A DNA stretch of 63,264 bases from Candidatus Uhrbacteria bacterium (GCA_016188475.1 JACPHT010000004.1:1-63264); one strand, 5' to 3'; positions 25,618 to 35,716 are shown, counted from the first letter of the stretch. Notes: a model not told the origin generated them from the letters alone. Translations and numbers: made by a program.

Positions 25618-28152
25618 CTAGTAACCGAGTCCGTAGAAAATGTAGGCACTTCCGGCATTAGAACCGGATGAATCGTTCTGATAGGCTCCAACAACGATAT
25701 CGTAGAACTCGTCATCGTTGAGATCGCTTAGTGCGATCGAACATCCGGCAAGATCACCATTGGTTTCGCCAGTGAACTTTATATTCGCATTGGCGAGCGA
25801 GATTTTTCCAGTCGTAAGAGGGCCGTAGAGAACATAGACAGCGCCTGATTCTCCTAACCATTTGAATGCACTGATTGCAAGATCATCTATTCCGTCGTGG
25901 TTTAGGTCTCCGGCTCCGGCAATACTCCAACCAGCGTAATTCGTGCCAGCTTCGCCAGTTAGTTTCAGGTTCGCGTTCGCAAGTGATATATTTCCGCTCG
26001 CAAGAGGTCCATACAGAACATACACTGCTCCTGCTCCTGAACCTCCGTCATCGTCACCTGTTGCGCCGATTGCAAGATCATCTATCCCGTCGTGGTTTAG
26101 GTCTCCAGCTTTAGCAACACTTCGACCAACATTGTCGTTGACTGATGTACCGGTTAGCTTGAGATCAGCTTTTGTGAGTGAAACGTTTCCGTTTTCGAGC
26201 GGGCCGTAGAGAACGTAGACCGCTCCTGCTCCTGAACTTCCGTCATCATCGTCAATTGCTCCGATGGCAAGATCGTCAACTCCATCATCATTGACGTCGC
26301 CAACTCCTGCAACATTCCAACCAACATAGTCGGCGCTGGCTTTACCTGTAAGTTTGAGATCAGCTTTTGTGAGTGACATTTTTCCACTCGAAAGAGGTCC
26401 GTAGAGAACGTAGACCGCTCCTGCTCCTGAACCTCCGTCGTCATCGCCTGGAGCTCCGATTGCAAGATCGTCAACTCCGTCATCATTTACGTCGCCAACT
26501 CCTGCAACACTCCATCCAGCGTTGTCATCACCAATTTCGCCAGTGAGTTTTATGTCAGCATCAGATAGAGAGATATTTCCACTCGAAAGAGGTCCGTAGA
26601 GAACGTGGACCGCTCCTGCTCCAGAGCCTCCGTCGTCATCGCCTGGAGCTCCGATTGCAAGATCGTCAACTCCGTCATCATTTACGTCGCCAACTCCTGC
26701 AACACTCCATCCAGCGTTGTCATCACCAATTTCGCCAGTGAGTTTGAGATCAGCATCAACGAGCAAAACGTTTCCGTTTTCGAGCGGGCCGTAAAGAACG
26801 TAGACCGCTCCTGCTCCAGGACCTCCGTCGTCATCGCCTGGAGCTCCGATTGCAAGATCGTCAACTCCGTCATCATTGACGTCGCCAACTCCTGCAACAC
26901 TCCATCCAGCGTTGTCGTTGTCTGTTTTGCCTGTAAACTTACTGTCAGCGTTTGTTAAACTGATCGTTCCGATCAACTCGCAACCGTCAAGCGAGTTATT
27001 GCAGTTGTCATCAAAGCCGTTGTTGCATGTTTCTTCAACAGCCGGATTGATAGTGAACAACTCATCGTCGCAGTCATCCGCGTTTTTTACGTATCCGTCG
27101 AGGACTTCGACACATGAAGTTGTTGAGTCTTTCGAGTTTCCAAATCCGTCTTTATCGACATCGTTGTACCATGTGAAGTATTCCGCATCAGAGTCAGTAA
27201 CTCCGTCACAGTCATTATCGATTCCGTCTTCACATGTTTCTGTGACATTGGGATTTGTTTTGCTGTTCCCGTCATCACAGTCGTCGTTTGAAGAAACGAA
27301 CTTGTTCGGCTGAACGCAAGCGTAGATTGAAATTGCTGAATTTCCTGATCCGTCTTCGTCTTCGTCAGCAAACCAGAGTTTCGCGCTTTCGGCATTGTCT
27401 GTTATTCCGTCGCAGTCTTGATCTATCTTGTCGTCGCAGATTTCTTCTGCTTCAGGATATGTCGCAGAATCATCATCGTCGCAGTCGTCGCTTGTTAGAA
27501 TGTATCCATCCAGCTGTTTGCAATTGTCTTCGAAGACATTCGCGTCGCCGTGCTTGTCATTATCTTTATCGAGATACCAGCGAACAGCTAGATTTTCATC
27601 CGTCTTTCCATCGCAGTCATTGTCGAACAAGTCGCATGCTTCCGTGGCGTTTGGATACACTTTGTCATTGTCATCATCACAATCACCAGACATAGCGATA
27701 TATCCGATCGGCTGTGAGCATTCATCGCGAAAATCGTTTAGACTTCCGAATTTGTCTTCGTCCTTGTCGCGATACCAGCGAGGAGTGACATTTTCATCTG
27801 TCTTACTGTCGCAGTCGTTGTCTATCAAGTCGCAAACTTCGACAGCGTCTGGATATACTTTGTCGTTTTCATCATCGCAGTCGCCTGTCTTTTCGACGAA
27901 TCCTTTGCTTTTCAAACAGTCGAGTTTGGATTCTTTTGATCCATATCCGTCTCCATCGAGATCGCGATAAAACGTGAGTTTGGAAATGTTTGGATCGTTT
28001 GGATCGCAATCCTCAACATTTGGAACTCCGTCATCATCAAGATCGAGGCGTTTTTCAAACTGCTTATCAGAAATGAATGGCGAGAGTTTGTCACAGCCAA
28101 CAGCCACAACAAATACACACGCAAGCGCGATTGTTTTGATCAAGTGTGACAT
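25618..28152 (-). CDS. lipoprotein with about five Cys/Asp 'putative metal-binding (MopE-like)' repeats and a 7-bladed FG-GAP/integrin-alpha beta-propeller
   Basis: The lipobox is ...VVAVGC. The repeats read GDCDDxNDKVYPxAxExCDLxDNDCDxKTDEN. There are seven 65-aa units of the form GDDNAGWSVAGVGDVNDDGVDDLAIGAPGDDDGGSGAGAVYVLYGPL. Units 2-4 are nearly identical at the DNA level, with a 195-bp period. Confidence 0.85.
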   Translation of the reverse strand: MSHLIKTIALACVFVVAVGCDKLSPFISDKQFEKRLDLDDDGVPNVEDCDPNDPNISKLTFYRDLDGDGYGSKESKLDCLKSKGFVEKTGDCDDENDKVYPDAVEVCDLIDNDCDSKTDENVTPRWYRDKDEDKFGSLNDFRDECSQPIGYIAMSGDCDDDNDKVYPNATEACDLFDNDCDGKTDENLAVRWYLDKDNDKHGDANVFEDNCKQLDGYILTSDDCDDDDSATYPEAEEICDDKIDQDCDGITDNAESAKLWFADEDEDGSGNSAISIYACVQPNKFVSSNDDCDDGNSKTNPNVTETCEDGIDNDCDGVTDSDAEYFTWYNDVDKDGFGNSKDSTTSCVEVLDGYVKNADDCDDELFTINPAVEETCNNGFDDNCNNSLDGCELIGTISLTNADSKFTGKTDNDNAGWSVAGVGDVNDDGVDDLAIGAPGDDDGGPGAGAVYVLYGPLENGNVLLVDADLKLTGEIGDDNAGWSVAGVGDVNDDGVDDLAIGAPGDDDGGSGAGAVHVLYGPLSSGNISLSDADIKLTGEIGDDNAGWSVAGVGDVNDDGVDDLAIGAPGDDDGGSGAGAVYVLYGPLSSGKMSLTKADLKLTGKASADYVGWNVAGVGDVNDDGVDDLAIGAIDDDDGSSGAGAVYVLYGPLENGNVSLTKADLKLTGTSVNDNVGRSVAKAGDLNHDGIDDLAIGATGDDDGGSGAGAVYVLYGPLASGNISLANANLKLTGEAGTNYAGWSIAGAGDLNHDGIDDLAISAFKWLGESGAVYVLYGPLTTGKISLANANIKFTGETNGDLAGCSIALSDLNDDEFYDIVVGAYQNDSSGSNAGSAYIFYGLGY

Positions 28153-28263
28153 GATTCAACTCCTGTTCAGTTGTAAAGGACTGACACCATATTCTGTCAG
28201 AAAACAGGCTTTTGTCAATCTTTTATTGCAAAATTTTAGTTTTTTTCGTAAACTAGCGACATT

Positions 28264-30972
28264 ATGGATGAAAAACAGCTCCCAAAAGCTTACGAAGCAA
28301 AACAATACGAAGATGAAATTTACGCCGCTTGGGAGAAAAGCGGGTTTTTTAATCCTGACAATTTGAAAGGAAAGCCATTTACAATCATGATGCCTCCGCC
28401 AAACGTGACCGGTGTTTTGCATTTGGGACACGCGCTTGAGAACGCGCTCATGGATTGTATGGCTCGTTACCAGCGAATGCGCGGGGAAAAAGTTTTGCTT
28501 ATTCCAGGAACAGATCACGCGGCTTTGCCAACACAGGCAAAAGTTGAAAAGATGTTGATGCAGAAAGGGATGAAGAATCCTCGCCAAGAACTTGGACGAG
28601 ATAAACTCGTTGAAAAGATTCGTGAGTTTGCCGAAGAATCTCGCACAACGATTTTAAGTCAAATTAAAAAAATTGGAACAAGTTGCGATTGGTCTCGACT
28701 CGCGTATACGTTTGATGACGCGCGCAATCGCGCTGTAAATGAATTGTTTTGTCGGATGTACAAAGACGGTTTGATTTATCGCGGATATCGAGTTGTTAAT
28801 TGGTCTGTTAAAGGACAATCAACTTCTTCTGACGACGAAATTATTTTTATAGAACGTCCGGCAAAGTTGTACACATTCAAATACAGTTCAAATTTTCCAA
28901 TTGCGATCGCGACAACTCGTCCAGAAACAAAACTTGGAGACACTGCTGTTGCTGTTCATCCTTCTGACTCGCGATACGCGCCTTACATCGGACAGGTTTT
29001 TACAGTTGATGTTGGTGCGGCAAAACCCCTTCAAATTAAAATAATTGCGGATGAACAAGTGGATCCAGAGTTTGGAACCGGAGCGCTTGGTGTCACACCA
29101 GCGCATAGTTCGGTTGACTTTGCGATGTATGAAAAACAAAAAGCGAAAGGAGAACCGATTGATCTGATACCTGTGATTGGGTTGGATGGAAAAATGACAG
29201 CAGAAGCCGGAGCAGATTACGTAGGGCTTTCAGTTGAAGAAGCTCGAGCAAAATTTGTGTTGTGGCTTAAGGAACAAAATTTGTTATTGAATGAAGAAGA
29301 CATTACACAAAATGTTGGAACTTCGGATCGCTATGGTGATGTTATCGAATCGATTCCGATGACACAATGGTGGTTGGATGTAAATAAAAAAATTCCATCA
29401 AAAGGGAAGAGTCTTTGTGATCTAATGCGTGAAGCGGTTACAACTGGTCTTGATGGAGATTCTTCAAAAATAGTTACAATTACGCCAGATCGTTTTAAAA
29501 AACTCTATCTTGATCGCGTGGATCACTTGCGAGATTGGTGTTTGTCACGCCAAATTTGGTGGGGTCATCGCATACCTGTTTGGTACAAACAGATGTCGGA
29601 AGTCGGAGATCAAAAGTCTGAAACAATTTTTGTTGGCGCGACAGCTCCGGAAGGCGATGGTTGGCAACAGGATCCTGACACTCTTGATACTTGGTTTAGC
29701 TCTGGATCATGGACTTTCTCAACGCTTGGATGGCCAGAACAAACAAAAGATCTCAAAACGTTTCATCCAACGCAGTGGATTCAAATGGGATATGAAATTC
29801 TCTATTTATGGTTGATGAGAATGATTCTAATGAGCGCTTACGCGCTTGACGAGATTCCATTTAAGGATGCTTACATTCATGGAATGTTGCGCGATAAAAA
29901 TGGAAATAAGTTTTCAAAGTCTTCTGGAAATGGAATCGACCCTATTGATGTGATTGACGAGTATGGTAGTGACGCACTTCGCATCAGTCTTCTTATCGGA
30001 ACTTCTCCTGGAAACGATGCGCGGTACTATACGGAAAAAATCGAAAGCGGTCGTAATTTTGTAAATAAGCTTTGGAATATCTCGAGGTTTGTTTTGACTA
30101 GCACAGACATGTTATCCCCTGAGCTTGTCGAAGGGGTAAAGCCGCAGACCCTTGCAGACCGTTGGATACTCTCACGTTTTGCGACTGTTACAAAAGAAGT
30201 AACAGACCATCTTGAAAAATACGAATTTTCTCAAGCCGGAGAAAAGTTGCGAGATTTTACTTGGAACGAATTTGCAGATTGGTATTTGGAGATTGCGAAA
30301 ATACAGAAGCAAGAAGAAAGAAGTAAGAAGAATGAGACTGATAAAATACTTCTTTATATTCTTCAGAACCTTCTTATTCTTTGGCATCCGTTCATGCCGT
30401 TTGTTACAGAAGTTATTTGGAAAAACATCTCGAAAGATTTACTAATCGTTCAACCATGGCCAAGTGATAAATCAAAAAATGTTGATCAGACTTCAGAACA
30501 GAATTTTTCGCGAATACAACAACTCATTGTTGCCATTCGAAACATTCGAGCTCAATACAAAGTTCGTCCAGAAAAAAAAGTTGATATTAGATTGCAATCA
30601 AGCGACAAAAAAGTTCGGCAATTGCTACAAGAAAATATCACCATAATCAAAACACTAGCGCGAGCGAACGATATTGAAATAACAGATGAGATCGCTGAAC
30701 CAAAGTTTGGATGCGCGCTTGCGGCACTTGAAAAAATTACAATTCACGTAATGCTTCCAAACGAGGATTTAGAATCAGAAATGGAAAGAATTAAAAAAGA
30801 ATGTCAGAGTCTTGAGGTATATATTAAAACCACAGAAACAAAATTAGAAAATAAAGAATTTGTTTCCAATGCGCCTGCGCATATAGTTGCAACAATGAAA
30901 GCAAAATTGCAAGAAGCGAAGGAGAAATTTGAAACGATATGTACTCAATTCAAAAAGCAAAACAACAAATAA
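28264..30972 (+). CDS. valS: valine--tRNA ligase
   Basis: 902 aa with a HIGH-type motif (PNVTGVLHLGHA), a KMSKS-type motif (KFSKSSGN) and a C-terminal coiled coil. It contains an in-frame copy of the dispersed repeat core (LSPELVEGVKPQ, nt 30118-30135). The 3' end overlaps argS by 34 nt. Confidence 0.97.
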   Translation: MDEKQLPKAYEAKQYEDEIYAAWEKSGFFNPDNLKGKPFTIMMPPPNVTGVLHLGHALENALMDCMARYQRMRGEKVLLIPGTDHAALPTQAKVEKMLMQKGMKNPRQELGRDKLVEKIREFAEESRTTILSQIKKIGTSCDWSRLAYTFDDARNRAVNELFCRMYKDGLIYRGYRVVNWSVKGQSTSSDDEIIFIERPAKLYTFKYSSNFPIAIATTRPETKLGDTAVAVHPSDSRYAPYIGQVFTVDVGAAKPLQIKIIADEQVDPEFGTGALGVTPAHSSVDFAMYEKQKAKGEPIDLIPVIGLDGKMTAEAGADYVGLSVEEARAKFVLWLKEQNLLLNEEDITQNVGTSDRYGDVIESIPMTQWWLDVNKKIPSKGKSLCDLMREAVTTGLDGDSSKIVTITPDRFKKLYLDRVDHLRDWCLSRQIWWGHRIPVWYKQMSEVGDQKSETIFVGATAPEGDGWQQDPDTLDTWFSSGSWTFSTLGWPEQTKDLKTFHPTQWIQMGYEILYLWLMRMILMSAYALDEIPFKDAYIHGMLRDKNGNKFSKSSGNGIDPIDVIDEYGSDALRISLLIGTSPGNDARYYTEKIESGRNFVNKLWNISRFVLTSTDMLSPELVEGVKPQTLADRWILSRFATVTKEVTDHLEKYEFSQAGEKLRDFTWNEFADWYLEIAKIQKQEERSKKNETDKILLYILQNLLILWHPFMPFVTEVIWKNISKDLLIVQPWPSDKSKNVDQTSEQNFSRIQQLIVAIRNIRAQYKVRPEKKVDIRLQSSDKKVRQLLQENITIIKTLARANDIEITDEIAEPKFGCALAALEKITIHVMLPNEDLESEMERIKKECQSLEVYIKTTETKLENKEFVSNAPAHIVATMKAKLQEAKEKFETICTQFKKQNNK

Positions 30973-32642
30973 TCCAAGAGTTGAAAAAATCCGTCGGAAG
31001 CGGTTTTTCGCCATCTTTTGATGACTTTACATCTCCGCCAGATCCAAGCTTGGGCGATATAACATTTTCGTGTTTTTCTCTTGCAAAAAGTTTGAAGAGA
31101 AATCCAAATGAAATTGCAACAGAGATCGCAGTAAAAATTGGTCCAAAGCAATTTATCTCTGAAGCGCGTGCGATTGGTCCGTATGTAAATTTTGTTTTTT
31201 CATCAGAATTTGGAACTGATGTTCTTTCTGAAATCAACGATCAGGAAGAAAAATATGGACGATCAAAAGTTGGAGAGAAGAAACGTGTAATGGTTGAATA
31301 CGCGAATCTCAATACTCACAAAGATATTCATATAGGTCACTTGCGTAATCTTTTTTTGGGTCAGACGCTTGTGAATGTTTTGAACGCAAACGGATACGAT
31401 GTTATTCCAGTTGCATACATCAATGATCTTGGCGCGCATGTTGCAAAATCTGTTTGGGCGATAAGCCGGTTTCATAAAGATGAAGAAGTTCCTAAAGATC
31501 AACGTATCGATTTTTTGCGTAACGTTTATATAGAAGCAACAAAAGCTGTTGAAGAAAATCCAGCGTACAAAGAAGAGATCGCTGCTGTTTTTCGAAATTT
31601 GGAAGAACAACGAGGAGATGAAGTTAAACTCTGGAAAGAAACATGGCAATGGTCAGTTGATTTTTTGGAAGAAGTTTACGCGGAACTAAATATCAAACTT
31701 GATAAATGGTATTTTGAAAGCGATCTTATTAAAAAATCGAGGAAGATTATTGATGGCTTGATTAAAAAAGGAATTGTTGTTCAGTCTGAAGGCGCGTGGA
31801 TTGTTAATTTGGAAGAAGAAGAATTAGGTGTGAACTTACTCGTGAAATCTGATGGCACCCTTCTTTATAATGCAAAAGATTTAGGGCTTGCGCTCAAAAA
31901 AGAAGAGGATTATCACCCAACTCGTTCGGTTTACGTTGTTGACGCGCGCCAATCACACGCGCTTCAGCAATTATTTGCGACACTTTTGAAAATGGGATTT
32001 GCACACGAGCTTCAACACCTTTCGTATGAATTTGTAACAACCGTGGATGGCGCAATGGCATCTAGAACAGGAAATGTAATTCGCTATGAAACTTTTCGCG
32101 ATCGTTTAATCAATCAAGCTCGACACGGAACACATGAGAGACATCCTGACTGGAGTGAAAAACAAATTGAGCAAACATCTCGCACACTTGCATTTGCCGC
32201 GATGCGTTTTGGAATGCTCAAACAAGATGTTGAGAAAAAAATTGTTTTTGATTTTGATGAAGCGCTTTCGTTTGATGGTTTTAGCGGTCCGTATTTGCTT
32301 TACATGTATGCGCGTATACAAAGTTTGTTTGAAAAAGCTGGAAAAGTGAAACCACGATATGACGCGTCATATCTCAATCATCCTCTCGAACATCAACTGA
32401 TAACACAACTCGCTTTTTATCCGGAAGTTTTATTTGGAATCAGTCAAACCTTAAAGTTGAGTCTTCTTGCAAGATACTTGTTTGATCTGTGTCAAATTTT
32501 TTCCCATTATTACAACGAGGTTCCAGTGCTTAAATCAGAGGATAAGTTGCGATCCGCGCGTTTGGGTTTAATTCGAAGTGTTGAACAGGTGCTTAAAAAT
32601 GGTTTGGGATTGATGGAAATAGAAACTATTGATGAAATGTAA
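30939..32642 (+). CDS. argS: arginine--tRNA ligase
   Basis: 567 aa with the HIGH motif (NTHKDIHIGHLRN) and the DALR anticodon-binding C-terminal domain (..LARYLFDLCQIFSHYYNEVPVL..). Confidence 0.95.
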   Translation: MYSIQKAKQQIIQELKKSVGSGFSPSFDDFTSPPDPSLGDITFSCFSLAKSLKRNPNEIATEIAVKIGPKQFISEARAIGPYVNFVFSSEFGTDVLSEINDQEEKYGRSKVGEKKRVMVEYANLNTHKDIHIGHLRNLFLGQTLVNVLNANGYDVIPVAYINDLGAHVAKSVWAISRFHKDEEVPKDQRIDFLRNVYIEATKAVEENPAYKEEIAAVFRNLEEQRGDEVKLWKETWQWSVDFLEEVYAELNIKLDKWYFESDLIKKSRKIIDGLIKKGIVVQSEGAWIVNLEEEELGVNLLVKSDGTLLYNAKDLGLALKKEEDYHPTRSVYVVDARQSHALQQLFATLLKMGFAHELQHLSYEFVTTVDGAMASRTGNVIRYETFRDRLINQARHGTHERHPDWSEKQIEQTSRTLAFAAMRFGMLKQDVEKKIVFDFDEALSFDGFSGPYLLYMYARIQSLFEKAGKVKPRYDASYLNHPLEHQLITQLAFYPEVLFGISQTLKLSLLARYLFDLCQIFSHYYNEVPVLKSEDKLRSARLGLIRSVEQVLKNGLGLMEIETIDEM

Positions 32643-32688
32643 AAGACTTGCTCATATGTTTGGGATGTTTTAAGATCATCTCACACAT

Positions 32689-33063
32689 ATGTTTAGAGTA
32701 AATAAACCTGAACAATCTATGGCACAGCAATCCAGCAATGAAACGATCATTGCACAAGGAGTAAAAGTTGAGGGGGATTTTCATTCACAAGGCGATGTTG
32801 TAATTGATGGGGAAGTAAGTGGAACCATTGAAACGACACAAGCGCTTTCTATAGGACAGAGCGCTCGTATAAAAGCCGATATCACATCAAAAAGCGCTAT
32901 TGTCGCTGGAGAGGTAAAGGGAAACATTAAGGCGAGTGAACGTCTTGAGCTTTTGGCAACTTCAATTGTTGAGGGCGATGTTGAAACAGCCAACCTGTCA
33001 ATTGCGTCAGGGGCGCGAGTAAACGGCAAGATTACAATGGGGGAGTTGGAAAAAGAAGGATAG
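32689..33063 (+). CDS. bactofilin (polymer-forming cytoskeletal protein)
   Basis: 124 aa with a repetitive beta-helix pattern: IIAQGVKVEGDFHSQGDVVIDGEVSGTIETTQALSIGQSARIKADITSKSAIVAGEVKGNIKASERLELLATSIVEGDVETANLSIASGARVNGKI. Confidence 0.85.
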   Translation: MFRVNKPEQSMAQQSSNETIIAQGVKVEGDFHSQGDVVIDGEVSGTIETTQALSIGQSARIKADITSKSAIVAGEVKGNIKASERLELLATSIVEGDVETANLSIASGARVNGKITMGELEKEG

Positions 33064-33111
33064 ATTTTTTAAAACTGTCATCTCGAGCGAAGTCGAGAGA
33101 TCTCTCATTCC

Positions 33112-33852
33112 ATGTATTGTTATTTATACGATGAATTTATTCAAGGAAACAAACGGTATGAACGAGAGCTTCTTGACATTGAAAACCGTTTGACTGACCT
33201 CGGCATTGCCGGGAAGATTTCGCGTTTGGCGCTTTTTCGCAACGCGGAAGAAATGATTCGTGATGAAATCGATCACGGAGTTAAAACAGTTGTTGTTCTT
33301 GGAAATGACGACACAGTGCGAAAAGTTCTTGATGTGATTTCAGAAAGCAAGATCACGCTTGGGCTTATTCCGATTGGACCAAAAAATGAATTAGCAAGAC
33401 TTCTTGGAATTCCAAATGGAGTTGAAGCATGTGATATTTTGTCTGCGCGTCGTATTGAACAAATTGATGTCGGAACCATTAACGGACGAAAGTTCATCAC
33501 CGGTGTTCGTGTTCCTGATTTTAAAGCAGAGCTAATGTGCAACGACGGAAAATATCGTGTTGTTCCAACATCGCACGCTGATTTGGAGATTCAGAATTTG
33601 GCAGATATATGTAATCCGCGTGACGGAATGTTGCGAGCAAACATTCATACTTTGATTAGAAAAGGTTGGGGGCCGTTTGCACGACACGAACAAACTAACA
33701 CTGTTTTGCCATTTCAATTTTTGGCGATTCGAAGTGACAAGCCGATTTCGCTTTATGCTGATGGAGAAGAAATGCAAGGCACGAGGTTTGATATAGGGAT
33801 TGAAGCAATGATTCTGAAGGTGATAATTGGAAAAAGCCGTGTGTTTGTTTAG
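33112..33852 (+). CDS. diacylglycerol/lipid kinase catalytic-domain (DAGK_cat/YegS-like) protein
   Basis: It carries ...VVVLGNDDTVRKVLDVI...LGLIPIGPKNELARLLGIP..., a pattern typical of the DAGK_cat/NAD-kinase fold. The ATG is directly preceded by a hairpin repeat (33078-33105). Confidence 0.6.
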   Translation: MYCYLYDEFIQGNKRYERELLDIENRLTDLGIAGKISRLALFRNAEEMIRDEIDHGVKTVVVLGNDDTVRKVLDVISESKITLGLIPIGPKNELARLLGIPNGVEACDILSARRIEQIDVGTINGRKFITGVRVPDFKAELMCNDGKYRVVPTSHADLEIQNLADICNPRDGMLRANIHTLIRKGWGPFARHEQTNTVLPFQFLAIRSDKPISLYADGEEMQGTRFDIGIEAMILKVIIGKSRVFV

Positions 33853-33868
33853 TGAGTTTAGTGTTTTT

Positions 33869-33945
33869 GGACGTTTAGCTCAGCTGGTTAGAGCGTCTCG
33901 TTTACACCGAGAAGGTCGCAGGTTCGAATCCTGCAACGTCCACCA
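33869..33945 (+). tRNA. tRNA-Val (anticodon UAC)
   Basis: GGACGTT TA GCTC AGCTGGTTA GAGC G TCTCG TTTACAC CGAGA AGGTC GCAGG TTCGAAT CCTGC AACGTCC A CCA. Confidence 0.9.
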
Positions 33946-33978
33946 GAATTAAACTTTTGACTCGTTCTCATATTAAAC

Positions 33979-34007
33979 AAAAGAACTGCTTAAAAAGCAG
34001 TTCTTTT
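33979..34007. terminator. bidirectional terminator between convergent tRNA genes
   Basis: The sequence aaaagaactgct-taaaa-agcagttctttt has a perfect 12-bp stem that includes the A and T runs. Confidence 0.75.
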
Positions 34008-34011
34008 GTCT

Positions 34012-34097
34012 TGGTGCGCGGGAGAGGACTCGAACCTCCATGCTCTTGCGAGCGTTACCACCTCAAGGTAGTGCGTCTACCATTTCGCCACCCGCGC
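34012..34097 (-). tRNA. tRNA-Leu (anticodon GAG), class II with a long variable arm
   Basis: The reverse complement reads GCGCGGG TG GCG AAATGGTAGA CGC A CTACC TTGAGGT GGTAA CGCTCGCAAGAGCAT GGAGG TTCGAGT CCTCT CCCGCGC A CCA. Confidence 0.85.
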
Positions 34098-34378
34098 ATT
34101 AACGCGAAGGCATTATAGATAATGCCTTGAAAATTTTCAAGCCGCCTTGCTACTACAACACATTTCACTTTTGTTTTTTTGAAAAATTGAATATTGTAGT
34201 CTTTCCAAATTGGAAGAACCGGAACTTAGTGTAATGATTTTTCGGTCGGTAATATGTTGACAACATTTCACAGGGGTGAACTTTTGTCAACAAGTTTTTC
34301 ATCAAATTTTTTTACACAGTATAACAGCGGCACAACTAATTTTCAATCCAATCATGTTGTGATAAACTTAAACATAGT

Positions 34379-34630
34379 ATGTCCTCATTTTATCGCATTC
34401 CATTGGGTCTTATAGTAATGGTTGTTGGGTTTTTAATGGTTAAAAAAACAGAAACTCTGCTTGAATGGTTTGGTGAAGTTCAGTTTGCTGAAGATAAATT
34501 TGGTCCAGGTGGCACACGATTTTTTTATAAGCTTCTGGGAGTTGGTGTGACTTTTCTTGGAATTTTTATTGCCACAAACGTAATATCTGATGTTTTAACA
34601 AGCGTTGCAAAACTTTTGACTCACACTTAA
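34379..34630 (+). CDS. small membrane protein, hypothetical
   Basis: 83 aa with two hydrophobic helices. Confidence 0.5.
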   Translation: MSSFYRIPLGLIVMVVGFLMVKKTETLLEWFGEVQFAEDKFGPGGTRFFYKLLGVGVTFLGIFIATNVISDVLTSVAKLLTHT

Positions 34631-34658
34631 CTTCTTCATCCTCTCTAGCTTCTAACTT

Positions 34659-35219
34659 ATGCCCACTATTCCTTCCGGTCGCTCGCTTCTTGATTCCGAT
34701 GTATTACTGCGTCGCGCAGGTCTTACGATTGACATGCACTATGCAGATTTCGGCGCTGGAATGCTTGGGCATTTTGTTTTGCCAGCCTGCGAGATCGTTG
34801 GACCTGGCGGGGAGGTGTATGCAGTGGATATTCTAAAAGAAGCGCTTCAATCAGTTGAAAGTCGTGCGCAAATGGAAAATGTGACAAACCTTCATATTGT
34901 TTGGGGCGATTTTGAACGATCAGGAGGAGTAAAAATTCCAGCAGGTTCTTTGCATATCATTTCATTTGTGAATGTTGCTCGAGTTTTGATGAAATCAAGC
35001 GTTCCGATTGAAGAAGCAAAGCGACTTCTTCGAGAAAATGGACGAGTTCTCGTTGTTGATTGGAAACCAGGAATCGGATCAATAATTGTTGATGAACAAA
35101 GGCGCGTTCGATCAGACGCCGTACATAAGCTTTTTGTCGAACACGGCTTTCATCTCCTTGAAGCTTTTGATGCAGGGCCACAACATTGGGGTTTGATTTT
35201 TAAACTTTCAACAGCTTGA
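34659..35219 (+). CDS. class I SAM-dependent methyltransferase
   Basis: It has motif I (YADFGAGMLGHF) and an acidic post-I residue (VYAVDILKEAL), with the size and layout of small Methyltransf_11/25-type enzymes. Confidence 0.65.
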   Translation: MPTIPSGRSLLDSDVLLRRAGLTIDMHYADFGAGMLGHFVLPACEIVGPGGEVYAVDILKEALQSVESRAQMENVTNLHIVWGDFERSGGVKIPAGSLHIISFVNVARVLMKSSVPIEEAKRLLRENGRVLVVDWKPGIGSIIVDEQRRVRSDAVHKLFVEHGFHLLEAFDAGPQHWGLIFKLSTA

Positions 35220-35299
35220 CGTGTTGGAAATAATTTATTATCTTTTTTGAGTAAATTAACGGCTAACAGCTAAAGGCTAACGGCTTTTACATTCATTAT

Positions 35300-35713
35300 A
35301 TGTTTAATAATTTTCTCGATCCATCATATTGGTTCACTCTTCGACCGGCGCTTGTCGGAGGAACAGAAGGTAAAATTATTTTTGGTGTTTTTGCGATTCT
35401 TTTTGTGCTCGGAATTGTTGCTCGGATTGTATCTTCAAACAAAACTGGAGATCGTTATATGAAAGAAGTTGTCGAACGTATTGCGACAATGCTCGTGACA
35501 ATGGGAATTCTCGGTGCACTTTTGTATTTTTTCAGTTTCGAACAAATAAGATTATTTGGTTCGAGATTTTGGTATTTGTTTTGGTTAATTGGAATTATTG
35601 TTTGGTGTTTCTTTCTGTTGCGTTTTGTAAAACGCACTATTCCAGAACTTCGCGCGCATGAAGCATTGAAAGCCGAACAAAGAAAATACTTCCCACCACG
35701 ACGAAAGAAATAA
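35300..35713 (+). CDS. hypothetical membrane protein
   Basis: 137 aa with three hydrophobic helices and a basic C-terminus. Confidence 0.5.
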   Translation: MFNNFLDPSYWFTLRPALVGGTEGKIIFGVFAILFVLGIVARIVSSNKTGDRYMKEVVERIATMLVTMGILGALLYFFSFEQIRLFGSRFWYLFWLIGIIVWCFFLLRFVKRTIPELRAHEALKAEQRKYFPPRRKK

Positions 35714-35716
35714 CCT

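Noticed and set aside
25875-27970. Multiple plus-strand ORFs (88-180 aa) inside the FG-GAP/MopE gene
   Set aside because: They are antisense shadows of a repetitive, Asp/Gly-rich coding sequence. They repeat with the same 195-bp period as the sense gene.
28153-28263. T-box or other leader upstream of valS
   Set aside because: The spacer is only 111 nt long and is shared with the divergent lipoprotein gene. I could find no specifier-loop or T-box sequence.
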